A DNA stretch of 56,661 bases from Gammaproteobacteria bacterium (GTDB lineage: Bacteria > Pseudomonadota > Gammaproteobacteria > Steroidobacterales > Foliamicaceae). The position numbers and the translations under genes were made by a program. Within the stretch, counting starts at the first letter, position 1; the number at the start of each line of letters is the position of its first letter. Where the stretch lies: positions 1 through 56,661 of the forward strand of contig RKRP01000139.1 in NCBI GenBank assembly GCA_007571315.1, in the 5' to 3' direction. Positions 22,186-30,736 of the stretch are shown in pieces. Below the pieces are notes generated by a model that did not search any database, was not told the DNA's origin, and saw only the letters and a list, made by a program, of their open reading frames with translations.

Positions 22186-23046
22186 CTACTCGAAGGACTC
22201 GGGGTTGGCCGTCAGCTGGCCCGGAAACAGCTGGTCGGCCCGGGCGCGGTAGCCCTCGGATACTTCGTCCACCGAATTCAGCTTGCAGCCCGAGGAGTGC
22301 CAGATGAGGTGTCCCTGGCGCCCGGACATTCCCATCCAGGGCAGCCAGGGCGAGAAGTAGGTTGACGAGAAACTGCTGCGCAGGCTGGCGATGGCCGGAT
22401 CGGCAAAGTCGTCGGCCAGGCAGAACATGGTGAAGGCTTCCATCCACGGTTGCGGCATGTGCGCCAGCCCGCGGCTGGCCATCATCCAGATGTGCCGGCC
22501 GGAGTGGGTCCACTGCCAGTTCCAGCGGCGCAATTCGCGGGCGGGATCGATGCGCTCCGAAAACACCATGCCCTCAAGTGTGTAGCGCGCGCCGTCGCGC
22601 CCGCCGAGGATATTGGGATGCACGGGCAGGCTTTCGCCTGTATACGGGTTTGCGAACTCGTCCAGCATTTCGCCTGTAGCCGGGTCCTTGAAGAACGTGA
22701 GCGTGCGGCTGCTGATCGACACCTCGCCGTTGTCCAGCGGCCGGGCCCAGTAGATTTCGGTCCCCTCGAGGTCCACTATATGCTTGGGTTCCGCCTCTCC
22801 TACCTGGGCGTAAATGCGCCCCATGTACCACCAGGGGGAGTCTTTCTCTTCCAGGCTGGACTGCATCCGCATCCAGGCCTTGAACCAGGCCTCGCGATTG
22901 CCGGGTTCAGGCAAAAAGCCACCGGCGTTCAAAGGCCCCGCGGCAGTGCTCCCTGGGCGGCCGCAGGCGCCCATGCTCAGAGCTGCGCCCAGCCCCAGTC
23001 CGCCCAGTCCGCCCAGCATGGCGCGCCGTGAAAAGTCGTATGTCAT
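22186..23046 (-). CDS. Tat-signal-bearing DUF1838-like protein
   Basis: Start chosen at MTYDFSRRAMLGGLGGLGLGAALSMGA (twin-arginine SRRxML plus hydrophobic stretch). The body has SPWWYMGRIYAQVG and FANPYTGESLPVH, which I recognise as DUF1838-like. The family assignment is from memory. Confidence 0.6.
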   Translation of the reverse strand: MTYDFSRRAMLGGLGGLGLGAALSMGACGRPGSTAAGPLNAGGFLPEPGNREAWFKAWMRMQSSLEEKDSPWWYMGRIYAQVGEAEPKHIVDLEGTEIYWARPLDNGEVSISSRTLTFFKDPATGEMLDEFANPYTGESLPVHPNILGGRDGARYTLEGMVFSERIDPARELRRWNWQWTHSGRHIWMMASRGLAHMPQPWMEAFTMFCLADDFADPAIASLRSSFSSTYFSPWLPWMGMSGRQGHLIWHSSGCKLNSVDEVSEGYRARADQLFPGQLTANPESFE

Positions 23047-23113
23047 GCGATGCTCCGGCGACCCGCGGAGGGGGCCGCGAGGGCACAATGATATAGGCGC
23101 GGCGGAGGCGGCG

Positions 23114-23533
23114 TTACTCGTTGATGGGCGGCGCGCCCTCCGGCGCCATTCCCTCATGGTGATGCACGATCCGCCAGCCGTTGGGCGCGCGCAGCAGCAC
23201 ATCGGTGATGCGCACGCGGCCTGATGCCGCATTGGGCGGTTCGTAGTTGAACTTGAGCCAGTAGCGCGCCACGGCCACCTTGTTGAAGATGTCCAGCTTC
23301 AGGGGATGGATCGAAATGCTCAACCGGCCGCGGGCCATGGACTGGGCCTTGTCCCGCTGGTGGAAAGCTTCGCGCTCGGCCTTGCCCGAAATCAGTTCCG
23401 GCTCGAACAAGTCCCACAAGGTGCAGCTTTCATGCAGAAGGTTTTCCATGCTGGTCACATCCCGCGCTTCGAATGCGTCAAAGACCCCCTGGATTAACTT
23501 CCAGATTTCACCTTTTTCTTTTTGCTGTTTCAT
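23114..23533 (-). CDS. SnoaL-like / NTF2-superfamily (DUF4440-like) protein
   Basis: About 139 aa from MKQQKEKGEIWKLIQGVFDAFEARDVTSMENLL. Size and pattern are typical of the NTF2-like cone fold. It is the first gene of the co-directional cluster. Confidence 0.55.
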   Translation of the reverse strand: MKQQKEKGEIWKLIQGVFDAFEARDVTSMENLLHESCTLWDLFEPELISGKAEREAFHQRDKAQSMARGRLSISIHPLKLDIFNKVAVARYWLKFNYEPPNAASGRVRITDVLLRAPNGWRIVHHHEGMAPEGAPPINE

Positions 23534-23787
23534 GTTGTTTCCCAAACTTCCAGAAAACACGGTTTTTCGGTTAAAAGGAGCCCATAAAGCATAGACTTGG
23601 GGCCACCAATGCCGGTAGAATAATGCACGCCGCCGCGCAACGGAGTCGCCGGCGCCATTTTCGATTTGTTCCCTTGCTCCTTTTGGCGTGAATCAGCGCG
23701 CCGCCGGGATGCGGGCGCGGTCGAAGGGCGTGAGCGCGCCGCCCGCCGCGGCTTGAAAATTAACTGGTGTTTGAGGGCCCTATCGCA

Positions 23788-25197
23788 ATGGATGTATCCG
23801 AAGTAATGAGCTTGATTGAGGAAAAGGGCGTGAGGTTTGTGGACCTCCGCTTTACCGACACCCGCGGCAAGGAGCAGCACGTGAGCGTGCCGTCTCAAGT
23901 GATCGACGAGGAATTCTTCGCCTCGGGGAAGATGTTCGACGGTTCTTCCATCGCCGGCTGGCGAGGAATTGACGAATCGGACATGGTATTGATGCCGGAG
24001 GCGGACAGCGCGGTGCTCGATGTGTTCGCCGAGGATGCCACGCTGCTGTTGCGCTGCGACGTATATGAACCGGTGACCATGCAAGCCTATGCGCGCTGTC
24101 CGAGGCTCACTTCCAAGCGGGCGCTCGAGTACCTGCGCTCAACCGGCATCGGCGACGATGCCTATTTCGGTCCGGAAAACGAGTTCTTCATCTTCGACGA
24201 TGTGCGTTTCGGCAGTTCCCTGGAGAGCGCCTCCTACCATGTGGATTCCATCGAAGGCGCCTGGAACTCCACCCGGGAGTTTGAGGAGGGGAACTACGGC
24301 CATCGGCCCGGAGTCAAGGGTGGCTACTTCCCCGTCCCGCCGGTGGATTCGCTGCAAGACATCCGCTCCACCATCTGCCTGGCGCTGATGGATTTGGGGC
24401 TGCCGGTGGAAGTGCATCATCATGAAGTGGCCACCGCCGGCCAGGGCGAAATCGGCGTGCGTTTCAACAGCCTCACGCGCAAGGCCGACGAAGTGCAGAT
24501 TCTGAAATACGCCGTCATGCAAACGGCCCATCAGTTTGGCAAGACCGCCACTTTCATGCCCAAGCCGCTGGTGGGCGATAACGGCAACGGCATGCATGTG
24601 CATCAGTCCGTAACCAGGGACGGCAACAATATCTTTACCGGCGATGGCTACGGCGGCCTTTCCGAGGCCGGCATGCACTACATTGGCGGCATCCTCAAGC
24701 ATGCGCGCGCGCTGAACGCCTTCACCAACCCGGCCACCAACAGCTACAAGCGGCTGGTGAAAGGCTTTGAGGCGCCCACTTTGCTCGCCTATTCGGCGCG
24801 CAACCGCTCGGCCGCCGTGCGCATTCCCTTTGTTGCCGACTCGCGGGCCCGGCGGATCGAGGTGCGCTTCCCCGACAGCATGGCCAATCCGTATCTGGCA
24901 TTCTCGGCCATGCTGATGGCGGGCCTCGACGGCATCCAGAACAAGATTCATCCAGGCGACCCGGTGGACAAGGATCTCTACGACCTGCCGTCCGAGGAAG
25001 AAGCCGGGCTGCCCACCGTTGCGTTCTCGCTCGAAGAGGCGCTCGCCGCGCTGCGCGCCGACAATGAATTCCTCAAAGCCGGCGATGTGTTCACCGATGA
25101 TCTTCTGGAGGGCTATCTGGAACTGAAGGAGGCCGAGTGCACGCGCCTGCGCGCCACCACCCACCCGGTTGAATTCGAGATGTACTACAGTTTGTAG
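23788..25197 (+). CDS. glnA: glutamine synthetase type I
   Basis: 469 aa from the ATG at 23788. [52 protein letters not shown] and an adenylylation-loop-like DKDLYDLP. Confidence 0.97.
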   Translation: MDVSEVMSLIEEKGVRFVDLRFTDTRGKEQHVSVPSQVIDEEFFASGKMFDGSSIAGWRGIDESDMVLMPEADSAVLDVFAEDATLLLRCDVYEPVTMQAYARCPRLTSKRALEYLRSTGIGDDAYFGPENEFFIFDDVRFGSSLESASYHVDSIEGAWNSTREFEEGNYGHRPGVKGGYFPVPPVDSLQDIRSTICLALMDLGLPVEVHHHEVATAGQGEIGVRFNSLTRKADEVQILKYAVMQTAHQFGKTATFMPKPLVGDNGNGMHVHQSVTRDGNNIFTGDGYGGLSEAGMHYIGGILKHARALNAFTNPATNSYKRLVKGFEAPTLLAYSARNRSAAVRIPFVADSRARRIEVRFPDSMANPYLAFSAMLMAGLDGIQNKIHPGDPVDKDLYDLPSEEEAGLPTVAFSLEEALAALRADNEFLKAGDVFTDDLLEGYLELKEAECTRLRATTHPVEFEMYYSL

Positions 25198-25239
25198 TCC
25201 TGATCGAACAACCTAAGCGCTTCAGTCCAGGCAGGATGT

Positions 25240-25776
25240 ATGAAAAAGGGATGGATAGGCCTCACGATCCTGTCCGCGCTGCTCTCGCAAGCGCACGGGC
25301 AGGAAATCTGGCGGCATATCGACAGCCAGGGCCGCATCCGCTACGCGGACCGGCCCTTTCCCGATGCCGTCCGCATGGAACCGCCTGGCGTGATGATCTG
25401 GCTTGCGCCTGCCCAGCCGCCTTCGGAAAGCCTGCCGGCGCAGGACCACTCGCCAGCCGCCACGGCGGCGGTTTCCATACCCGCCCTGCAGATCGCCTAT
25501 CCGGCGGCGGATGAAACCGTGCGGGGCGCGGGTGGCGAACTGGAAGTCAGGCTGTTCGTGAACGCGGCGCAGGACGATGCGCTGCTTTCGATTCAACTGG
25601 ACGGCGCAGAGGCATCGTGGCAGGGCGAGCCGCCCATTCTCCGGCTTGAAAACGTGTGGCGCGGCGAGCACCGGCTGCGGGCGCGGCTTCTGGATGCCAA
25701 CGGCGGGGAGCTTGCGGCGAGCGAAGAAGTGCGCTTTTTCAAGCGCGAGCCCAGCGCCGCCGCCGGAGAACGCTAA
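25240..25776 (+). CDS. DUF4124 domain-containing secreted protein
   Basis: 178 aa. Signal peptide MKKGWIGLTILSALLSQAHG followed by IWRHIDSQGRIRYADRP, which matches the DUF4124 pattern. Confidence 0.65.
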   Translation: MKKGWIGLTILSALLSQAHGQEIWRHIDSQGRIRYADRPFPDAVRMEPPGVMIWLAPAQPPSESLPAQDHSPAATAAVSIPALQIAYPAADETVRGAGGELEVRLFVNAAQDDALLSIQLDGAEASWQGEPPILRLENVWRGEHRLRARLLDANGGELAASEEVRFFKREPSAAAGER

Positions 25777-25802
25777 CCCCGTTTGTTGCATGAGGGCGTG
25801 TT

Positions 25803-25957
25803 TTCCTCGCCCTTTGCCTTGCCCTCTCACCGCGGGAGACCGGGAGAGGCATTAACCCGTCCCTGGGGTTCGGCAACGGCTATCCTGCCATTGACGCTAC
25901 CGCGGGGAAGGGGCAACCCAAAGGCTTTAGCCGGTGTAATGCGGGGGACACTCCCGA
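25803..25957. repeat. palindromic intergenic element, copy 2 (degenerate arms 25811-25838 / 25897-25924)
   Basis: Same ttcctcg left flank and ggctttagccgg right flank as copy 1. The arms pair at roughly 22 of 28 positions, and the extended right flank gtgtaatgcgggggacactcccgag parallels gtgaaatgggaggcaggacactcgaa of copy 1. It sits between the convergent DUF4124 and OMP genes. Confidence 0.8.
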
Positions 25958-26010
25958 GAGGAGGGACAACAAACTCCCGCTCAGGCAATAGAAAGCGGGG
26001 GATATGCAGG

Positions 26011-26934
26011 CTAGAAACTGTAGCGCAGGCCCAAGGTGGCGGCCGGGCCACCCATATTCTCGAACGCCAGTTCGCTTGTAAACGGCGTGATGCCGTCGGC
26101 CTGCACCGGGGCATGGCTGCGAATCGTGGACCACTGCGTGTTTTGGCTCATGTTGCCAAAGCTGCTCCAGCGCAACATCAGAAAAGCCTGAGTCCTGTCC
26201 GCCAGTTGCCGCTCCACCCCCGCTGCGGCATGGTAGCCGAACACCTCGTCGCTCAATTTCGCATCAAACCGGCTTTGGCTGCCGGCTGCGGCAATCTGCC
26301 AGTCCTCCGGTTGCGCAGGGTCGCCGCCCACGGCGGCAACGTATCCATCCGCAAGCGCGCGGCGCAAATAGGAACCTTCAAAGGCCGCGTCGATGCGGGC
26401 AATACCCACACCCGCGCCCACGAAGGGCTTCCAGGCCGAGCCGCTGCCGAAAGCGTAATAGGCGTTTACAAACAGTTGCCGCGTCCTGAAGCCGGAAATC
26501 TGGTAGTAGGGGGGCAAATCGTCGCTCCATTCGGAATTCTTGCCTTCCAGGGCAACGTTGCCGGAGGCGGCAATGCCGGGGCGGGTTTCGCGGCCTTGAG
26601 AGCGTCCGAAAAACTCGGCTTCTAGGCGGAACCGCTCCCAGGCGTACCCCAGGCTGATCGATCCAGCCTGGCCTGCGCCGAAGTCGAATTCATCGCTGAA
26701 AAGGAGCCGGGGCGTGCTGTCGGCGCAGGCGGCGTCGGTTGGCGCATCGGCGGGGTTTGCGTACAAGAGGCGGTCGCAACGGGTGGGATGACTGATTCCG
26801 GCTGCGCTTGCATCAATCTCATCCCAGGCAAGGCCCGGGCTCACGGAAACATAGGCTTCGCCGGCTGAAGCCAGAGGGCCGAACAGCGCCAGCGCGAAGC
26901 CCGCAAGCGCCAAGCGTGGATTTGCTGTTGCCAT
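26011..26934 (-). CDS. outer-membrane beta-barrel protein
   Basis: 307 aa. Signal peptide ending ASAGEA, alternating aromatic/hydrophobic beta-strand pattern, and a C-terminal LGLRYSF with terminal Phe. Confidence 0.7.
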   Translation of the reverse strand: MATANPRLALAGFALALFGPLASAGEAYVSVSPGLAWDEIDASAAGISHPTRCDRLLYANPADAPTDAACADSTPRLLFSDEFDFGAGQAGSISLGYAWERFRLEAEFFGRSQGRETRPGIAASGNVALEGKNSEWSDDLPPYYQISGFRTRQLFVNAYYAFGSGSAWKPFVGAGVGIARIDAAFEGSYLRRALADGYVAAVGGDPAQPEDWQIAAAGSQSRFDAKLSDEVFGYHAAAGVERQLADRTQAFLMLRWSSFGNMSQNTQWSTIRSHAPVQADGITPFTSELAFENMGGPAATLGLRYSF

Positions 26935-27013
26935 TTTCTGTAAATTTCCTCTGGTTCTTCTTTATTGCCGCGCCAAATCAGTGGCCGCGCGATTATAGGA
27001 TAAGAAGGCGTTT

Positions 27014-27976
27014 TCAGCCCGAAACCGGGCTGTTCTCAAGACCGGAATCCAGCCGCAGCGCGCCGGTAAGTTCGGACACGTTCGCGATGTGGTTTTTGCC
27101 TAGGTAATCCTCGATTTCGGCATTGATCTTTCTGCACACCAGCGGGTCGTAGAACAGCGCCGTGCCCACGCCTACGGCCGTGGCTCCGGCCAGCAGAAAC
27201 TCAATGGCGTCGGCGCCGTTCATGATGCCGCCCTGGCCGATGATGGGCGCGTTGTGCTTGCGCGCCACCTGGTAGGTCTGATGCACTTTCAGCAGGGCCA
27301 GCGGCTTGATGGCCGGGCCCGAAAGGCCGCCTTGCACATTGCCGATAACCGGCCGGCGGCTTTCGGCATCGATCGCCATGCCCATCAGCGTGTTGATCAC
27401 GGCCAACCCGTCGGCCCCCGCTTCCAGGCAACGCCGCGCATTTTCGGCTATGTCGGTCTGGTTGGGCGAGAGCTTCGCGATCAGCGGCTTGGAAGTGACC
27501 GCCCGGCAGGCCTCCACAACGCGCGCCGACATGTCCGGATCGTTGCCGAAGGCCACCCCGCCTTCGCGCACGTTTGGACAGGAAATATTGATCTCCATGC
27601 CTTGCATGGGCGTATCGTCGAAGCGGCGGGCAACCTCGGCGTATTCTTCAACGGTGCTGCCGCAGATGTTGGCGAACCAGCACACTTCGCTGTAGTCGAG
27701 ATTCGGCGCAATGTCGCGCACCACGGCATCCACGCCGGGATTCTGCAGGCCGATGGCGTTGAGCATCCCGCCGGCCGTCTCCCATAGCCGGTGCCCCGTG
27801 TTGCCCAGCCGCGGCTTGAGGGTGGTTCCCTTGCACACGATGGCGCCTGCGTCGGCGTTGGAGAACCCTTCCACCCGGGTGTACTCGTTGCCGAAACCCA
27901 CGCAGCCGGACAGCAAAACGATGGGCGAGTTGAACTTGAGTCCGCAGAATTCGGTAGTCAACGGAGACCCGTTCAT
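27014..27976 (-). CDS. pyrD: dihydroorotate dehydrogenase, class 1 (PyrD-B-like catalytic subunit)
   Basis: Start at MNGSPLTTEFCGLKFNSPIVLLSGCVGFG (ATG complement of 27974-27976, ATGA overlap with the gpsA stop). MLNAIGLQNPGVDAVV, INISCPNV (class-1 Cys), LSPNQTDI, INTLMGM, GGLSGPAIKPLAL. Very similar in pattern to Lactococcus PyrDB. Confidence 0.85.
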   Translation of the reverse strand: MNGSPLTTEFCGLKFNSPIVLLSGCVGFGNEYTRVEGFSNADAGAIVCKGTTLKPRLGNTGHRLWETAGGMLNAIGLQNPGVDAVVRDIAPNLDYSEVCWFANICGSTVEEYAEVARRFDDTPMQGMEINISCPNVREGGVAFGNDPDMSARVVEACRAVTSKPLIAKLSPNQTDIAENARRCLEAGADGLAVINTLMGMAIDAESRRPVIGNVQGGLSGPAIKPLALLKVHQTYQVARKHNAPIIGQGGIMNGADAIEFLLAGATAVGVGTALFYDPLVCRKINAEIEDYLGKNHIANVSELTGALRLDSGLENSPVSG

Positions 27977-28983
27977 GGCGAGGTTAACGGCAGTTCGTCC
28001 TCGGCCTTCAAAGGCCGGCTCAGCAGCGCTCCGAGCACCCGGCCTGGGTCGTGCCCGCAATGCAGCACCTTATAGACCTGCCCGGAGATCGGCAAGTCCA
28101 GATTCAGGCGTTCCGACAGGCGATGGACGGCATCGGCGGCGTACATTCCTTCAGCCACTTGACCGAGTTGCCTGACCGCCTCATCCACGGGGGTTCCGCG
28201 CGCCACCGCCAGCCCCAGGCGCCGGTTGCGGGACTGATCGTCGGCGCAGGTCAGCGCCAAGTCGCCCAGGCCAGCCAGCCCCATGAAACTGTCTGGACGC
28301 GCCCCCAGCGCTACGCCCAGGCGCACAATCTCAGCCAGCCCGCGGGACAGCAGCGCGGCCCGCGCGTTGGCGCCGTATCCCAAGCCATCGGAGAGCCCGG
28401 CGGCGATAGCGATCACATTCTTGGTGGCCCCGCCCACTTCCACACCCGCCAGGTCGCTTGAAACATAGGCGCGCAGGGCGCCGGCGTTTAGTTTTTCGGC
28501 CAGCCATAGCGCCACATCCCGGTTGCGGCAGGCGACCGTGACCGCCGCCGGAAGACCGGCCGCCACTTCGCCGGCGAATGTGGGGCCAGACACCGCTGCC
28601 AGCGGGCGGCCCGGACCCAATTCCTGCTCCGCAACCTGGTGCGCTAAAAGGCCGGTTTCCACCTCCAGGCCTTTTGACGCGCAGCAAAGGCGAACCCCGT
28701 CCTTGAGCAGCGGCTTGAGGCGCCGGAAAGTCGAGCGCAGGGCCGAACTGGGGGTTGCCACCAGAATGCACTCCGCGCCTGCCGCCGCCTCTTCAAGTTC
28801 CGCGGCGGGCCGCACCTGATCCGGAAGCGCCGCGCCGGGCAGATAGCGTTTATTTTCGCGCTCGCCGGCAAGCTTGCCCAGATGATCGCGGTCGATGTCC
28901 CAGATCCGCGCCGGACAGCCCGCCCGGGCAAGATGAATAGCCAGCGCGGTTCCCCAGGCGCCGGCGCCGACTATTGCGAACAT
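27973..28983 (-). CDS. gpsA: NAD(P)H-dependent glycerol-3-phosphate dehydrogenase
   Basis: Start at MFAIVGAGAWGTALAIHLARAG (Rossmann GxGxxG), then GPTFAGEVAAGLPAAVTVA, NVIAIAAGLSDGLGYGANARAALLSRGLAE and NRRLG. Confidence 0.93.
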   Translation of the reverse strand: MFAIVGAGAWGTALAIHLARAGCPARIWDIDRDHLGKLAGERENKRYLPGAALPDQVRPAAELEEAAAGAECILVATPSSALRSTFRRLKPLLKDGVRLCCASKGLEVETGLLAHQVAEQELGPGRPLAAVSGPTFAGEVAAGLPAAVTVACRNRDVALWLAEKLNAGALRAYVSSDLAGVEVGGATKNVIAIAAGLSDGLGYGANARAALLSRGLAEIVRLGVALGARPDSFMGLAGLGDLALTCADDQSRNRRLGLAVARGTPVDEAVRQLGQVAEGMYAADAVHRLSERLNLDLPISGQVYKVLHCGHDPGRVLGALLSRPLKAEDELPLTSP

Positions 28984-29002
28984 GGTTTGCGGCAGGCGGG
29001 TA

Positions 29003-29425
29003 TCAGCGGCTCCGTCCGTTGATGACCGGCAGGCTCTCGCGTTGCCAGGCCGCAAGCCCCCCCTTGAGACTGAATACCTGCTCGGAGCCTTTTTTGCGCA
29101 GGTCCTGGGCCAGGCGGCCGCTGGCCGAGCCGGTATCGCAAACCAGAAGCACCGGCTTGCCGGATTTCAGCTTTGAGGTTCCCGGGACATCCACCGCCCG
29201 CATATTGCGCGCATTGGGGATATGGCCCTGGCCGTAAGCTTTGGGCTCCCGCAGATCGAACACGGCGGCGCCTCTGTTGATCGCTTGCACCGCCGTGGCC
29301 GGCGCCAGCGCGCTCACAGCCAGCGCCCGCAGGCGCACTTCGTTGAAAAGCGCCGCCATAAGGCTGCCAACAACCCCCAGACTGAGCCAGGGATGCGCGG
29401 CTGCGAAATCCACCAGGGTTCCCAT
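29003..29425 (-). CDS. yibN: membrane-anchored rhodanese-domain protein (YibN-like)
   Basis: 140 aa with an N-terminal TM segment and a rhodanese fold with active-site loop VCDTGSAS. Position upstream of gpsA and divergent from envC mirrors the E. coli yibN region. Confidence 0.7.
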   Translation of the reverse strand: MGTLVDFAAAHPWLSLGVVGSLMAALFNEVRLRALAVSALAPATAVQAINRGAAVFDLREPKAYGQGHIPNARNMRAVDVPGTSKLKSGKPVLLVCDTGSASGRLAQDLRKKGSEQVFSLKGGLAAWQRESLPVINGRSR

Positions 29426-29529
29426 ATCGGCAAAGATGTCGTGTTGCGAATTGCTCCAATAGCCCGCCTGCCGCCGCGCCCGCCACCGGCAAAACTCTGG
29501 CGTGGCGCCGGCCGCGGGACCTGCTGAAA

Positions 29530-29558
29530 GGCATTATAACGATGCTCGGTATAATGCC
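29530..29558. promoter_or_regulatory. palindrome carrying a TATAAT hexamer on each strand in the divergent yibN-like/envC-like spacer
   Basis: ggcattata-N11-tataatgcc, a perfect 9-bp inverted repeat. The plus-strand TATAAT (29550-29555) lies ~70 nt upstream of the envC-like GTG. The minus-strand TATAAT (complement of 29533-29538) lies ~108 nt upstream of the rhodanese ATG. Confidence 0.35.
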
Positions 29559-29623
29559 GCCGCCCCATTGCAACCGCCCGCCAAGCCCATATCGCACCCA
29601 CGGTCAGAAGTTCGGAAAGGCCC

Positions 29624-30736
29624 GTGAGAGGCCGGATTGCCTGCGCGCTGCTCCTTGCCATTGCCTGCGGGCAGGCGGCGCGGGGCGATGAGCTTAAGGA
29701 TCTGCTGGGCCGCATTGACGCGCTGGAGCTGCGGCTGCAGCGTGACCTTCAGGCGCAGCATCAGGAGGAGGCCGGGCTGCGCGATGCCGAAACGGAAATC
29801 GCGCGCTTGCGCTGGGCGGCCCGGGAAGCGCAGCGGGAGCTTGAAAGCCGCCGTGAGGAGCGGGCGCGGCTGGCCGCAGCGCTGGAGGATAGCGGCGAAG
29901 CGAGCAGGCGAACGCGGCAGGCTCTCGCCGCGGCGGTCCGGCACGCCTGGCGCTCCGGACGGCAGGACCACTTCAAGGCTCTGCTTGGCGCTCGCCGCGC
30001 CGGCGAAATCAACAGGCGGTTGGCGTGGACGGGAATTCTGGCGCGCTCCTGGACCCGGGATGCCCGCGAATTCATGCGCGCCGCCTCCGCAGCGGAATCG
30101 CTTCGCAGCGAAGCGGACAGTTTGGAACAGCGGCTGGCGGAACTTCAGGCGCGGCAGGCGCAGCAGATACGCGGAATGGAGCAGGCGGCAGCCTCCCGCC
30201 GGGCGATACTGCGAGCGCTCCGGCAGCGCATCGGCGCCGCGGGCGAGGAAGTCGAAAGGCTGAAGGCCCGGGCGGCCGCGCTGTCTTCGCTGGTTGAAGA
30301 TCTGGGCCGCATCGTGGAGGATCATCCGCCGGCGTCATTGCCCTCAATCACAGCAGCCCGCGGCCAGCTTGACTGGCCCGTGCGCGGCCGCGTGCTCAGG
30401 CGATTTGGCTCCGGGCCCGGGAGAGGGCAGGCGAATTGGGACGGAATCCTGCTGCAGGCGGAGGAAGGCGCGGAGGTGCGGGCGCCGCACCCCGGGCGCG
30501 TGGTGTTTTCCGACTGGGTGCGCGGGCTGGGTTTTCTGATGGTGCTGGATCATGGCGAGAATGTGCTGAGCCTGTACGCATACAATGACCGCCTGCTGGG
30601 CAGGAAGGGCGAAATGGTGAGCAAGGGACAGATAATCGCCTATGCGGGAAGCACCGGCGGGCGCCGTGAGCCCGGTCTTTATTTCGAGATGCGACGAAAC
30701 GGCAAGGCGGTTGATCCGGTGCCATGGCTGAGGTAG
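29624..30736 (+). CDS. envC: murein hydrolase activator EnvC-like (coiled coil + degenerate LytM/M23 domain)
   Basis: 370 aa. Signal peptide, a long Q/R/E/A-rich coiled coil, and a C-terminal LytM domain ending GLYFEMRRNGKAVDPVPWLR. This lacks the HxH metal ligands, as in E. coli EnvC (YFEIRRQGQAVNPQPWL). Confidence 0.85.
   Translation: MRGRIACALLLAIACGQAARGDELKDLLGRIDALELRLQRDLQAQHQEEAGLRDAETEIARLRWAAREAQRELESRREERARLAAALEDSGEASRRTRQALAAAVRHAWRSGRQDHFKALLGARRAGEINRRLAWTGILARSWTRDAREFMRAASAAESLRSEADSLEQRLAELQARQAQQIRGMEQAAASRRAILRALRQRIGAAGEEVERLKARAAALSSLVEDLGRIVEDHPPASLPSITAARGQLDWPVRGRVLRRFGSGPGRGQANWDGILLQAEEGAEVRAPHPGRVVFSDWVRGLGFLMVLDHGENVLSLYAYNDRLLGRKGEMVSKGQIIAYAGSTGGRREPGLYFEMRRNGKAVDPVPWLR

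Noticed and set aside
23598-23612. Possible sigma-54 promoter (tggggccaccaatgc, GG/GC spacing correct) upstream of glnA. A second look-alike lies at 23684-23697 (tggcgtgaatcagc).
   Set aside because: The first matches only the GG/GC dinucleotides with poor flanks. It lies ~175 nt from the ATG with almost no room upstream for NtrC enhancer sites before the divergent gene. The second has GG-to-GC spacing one nucleotide too short. Neither is convincing without TSS data.
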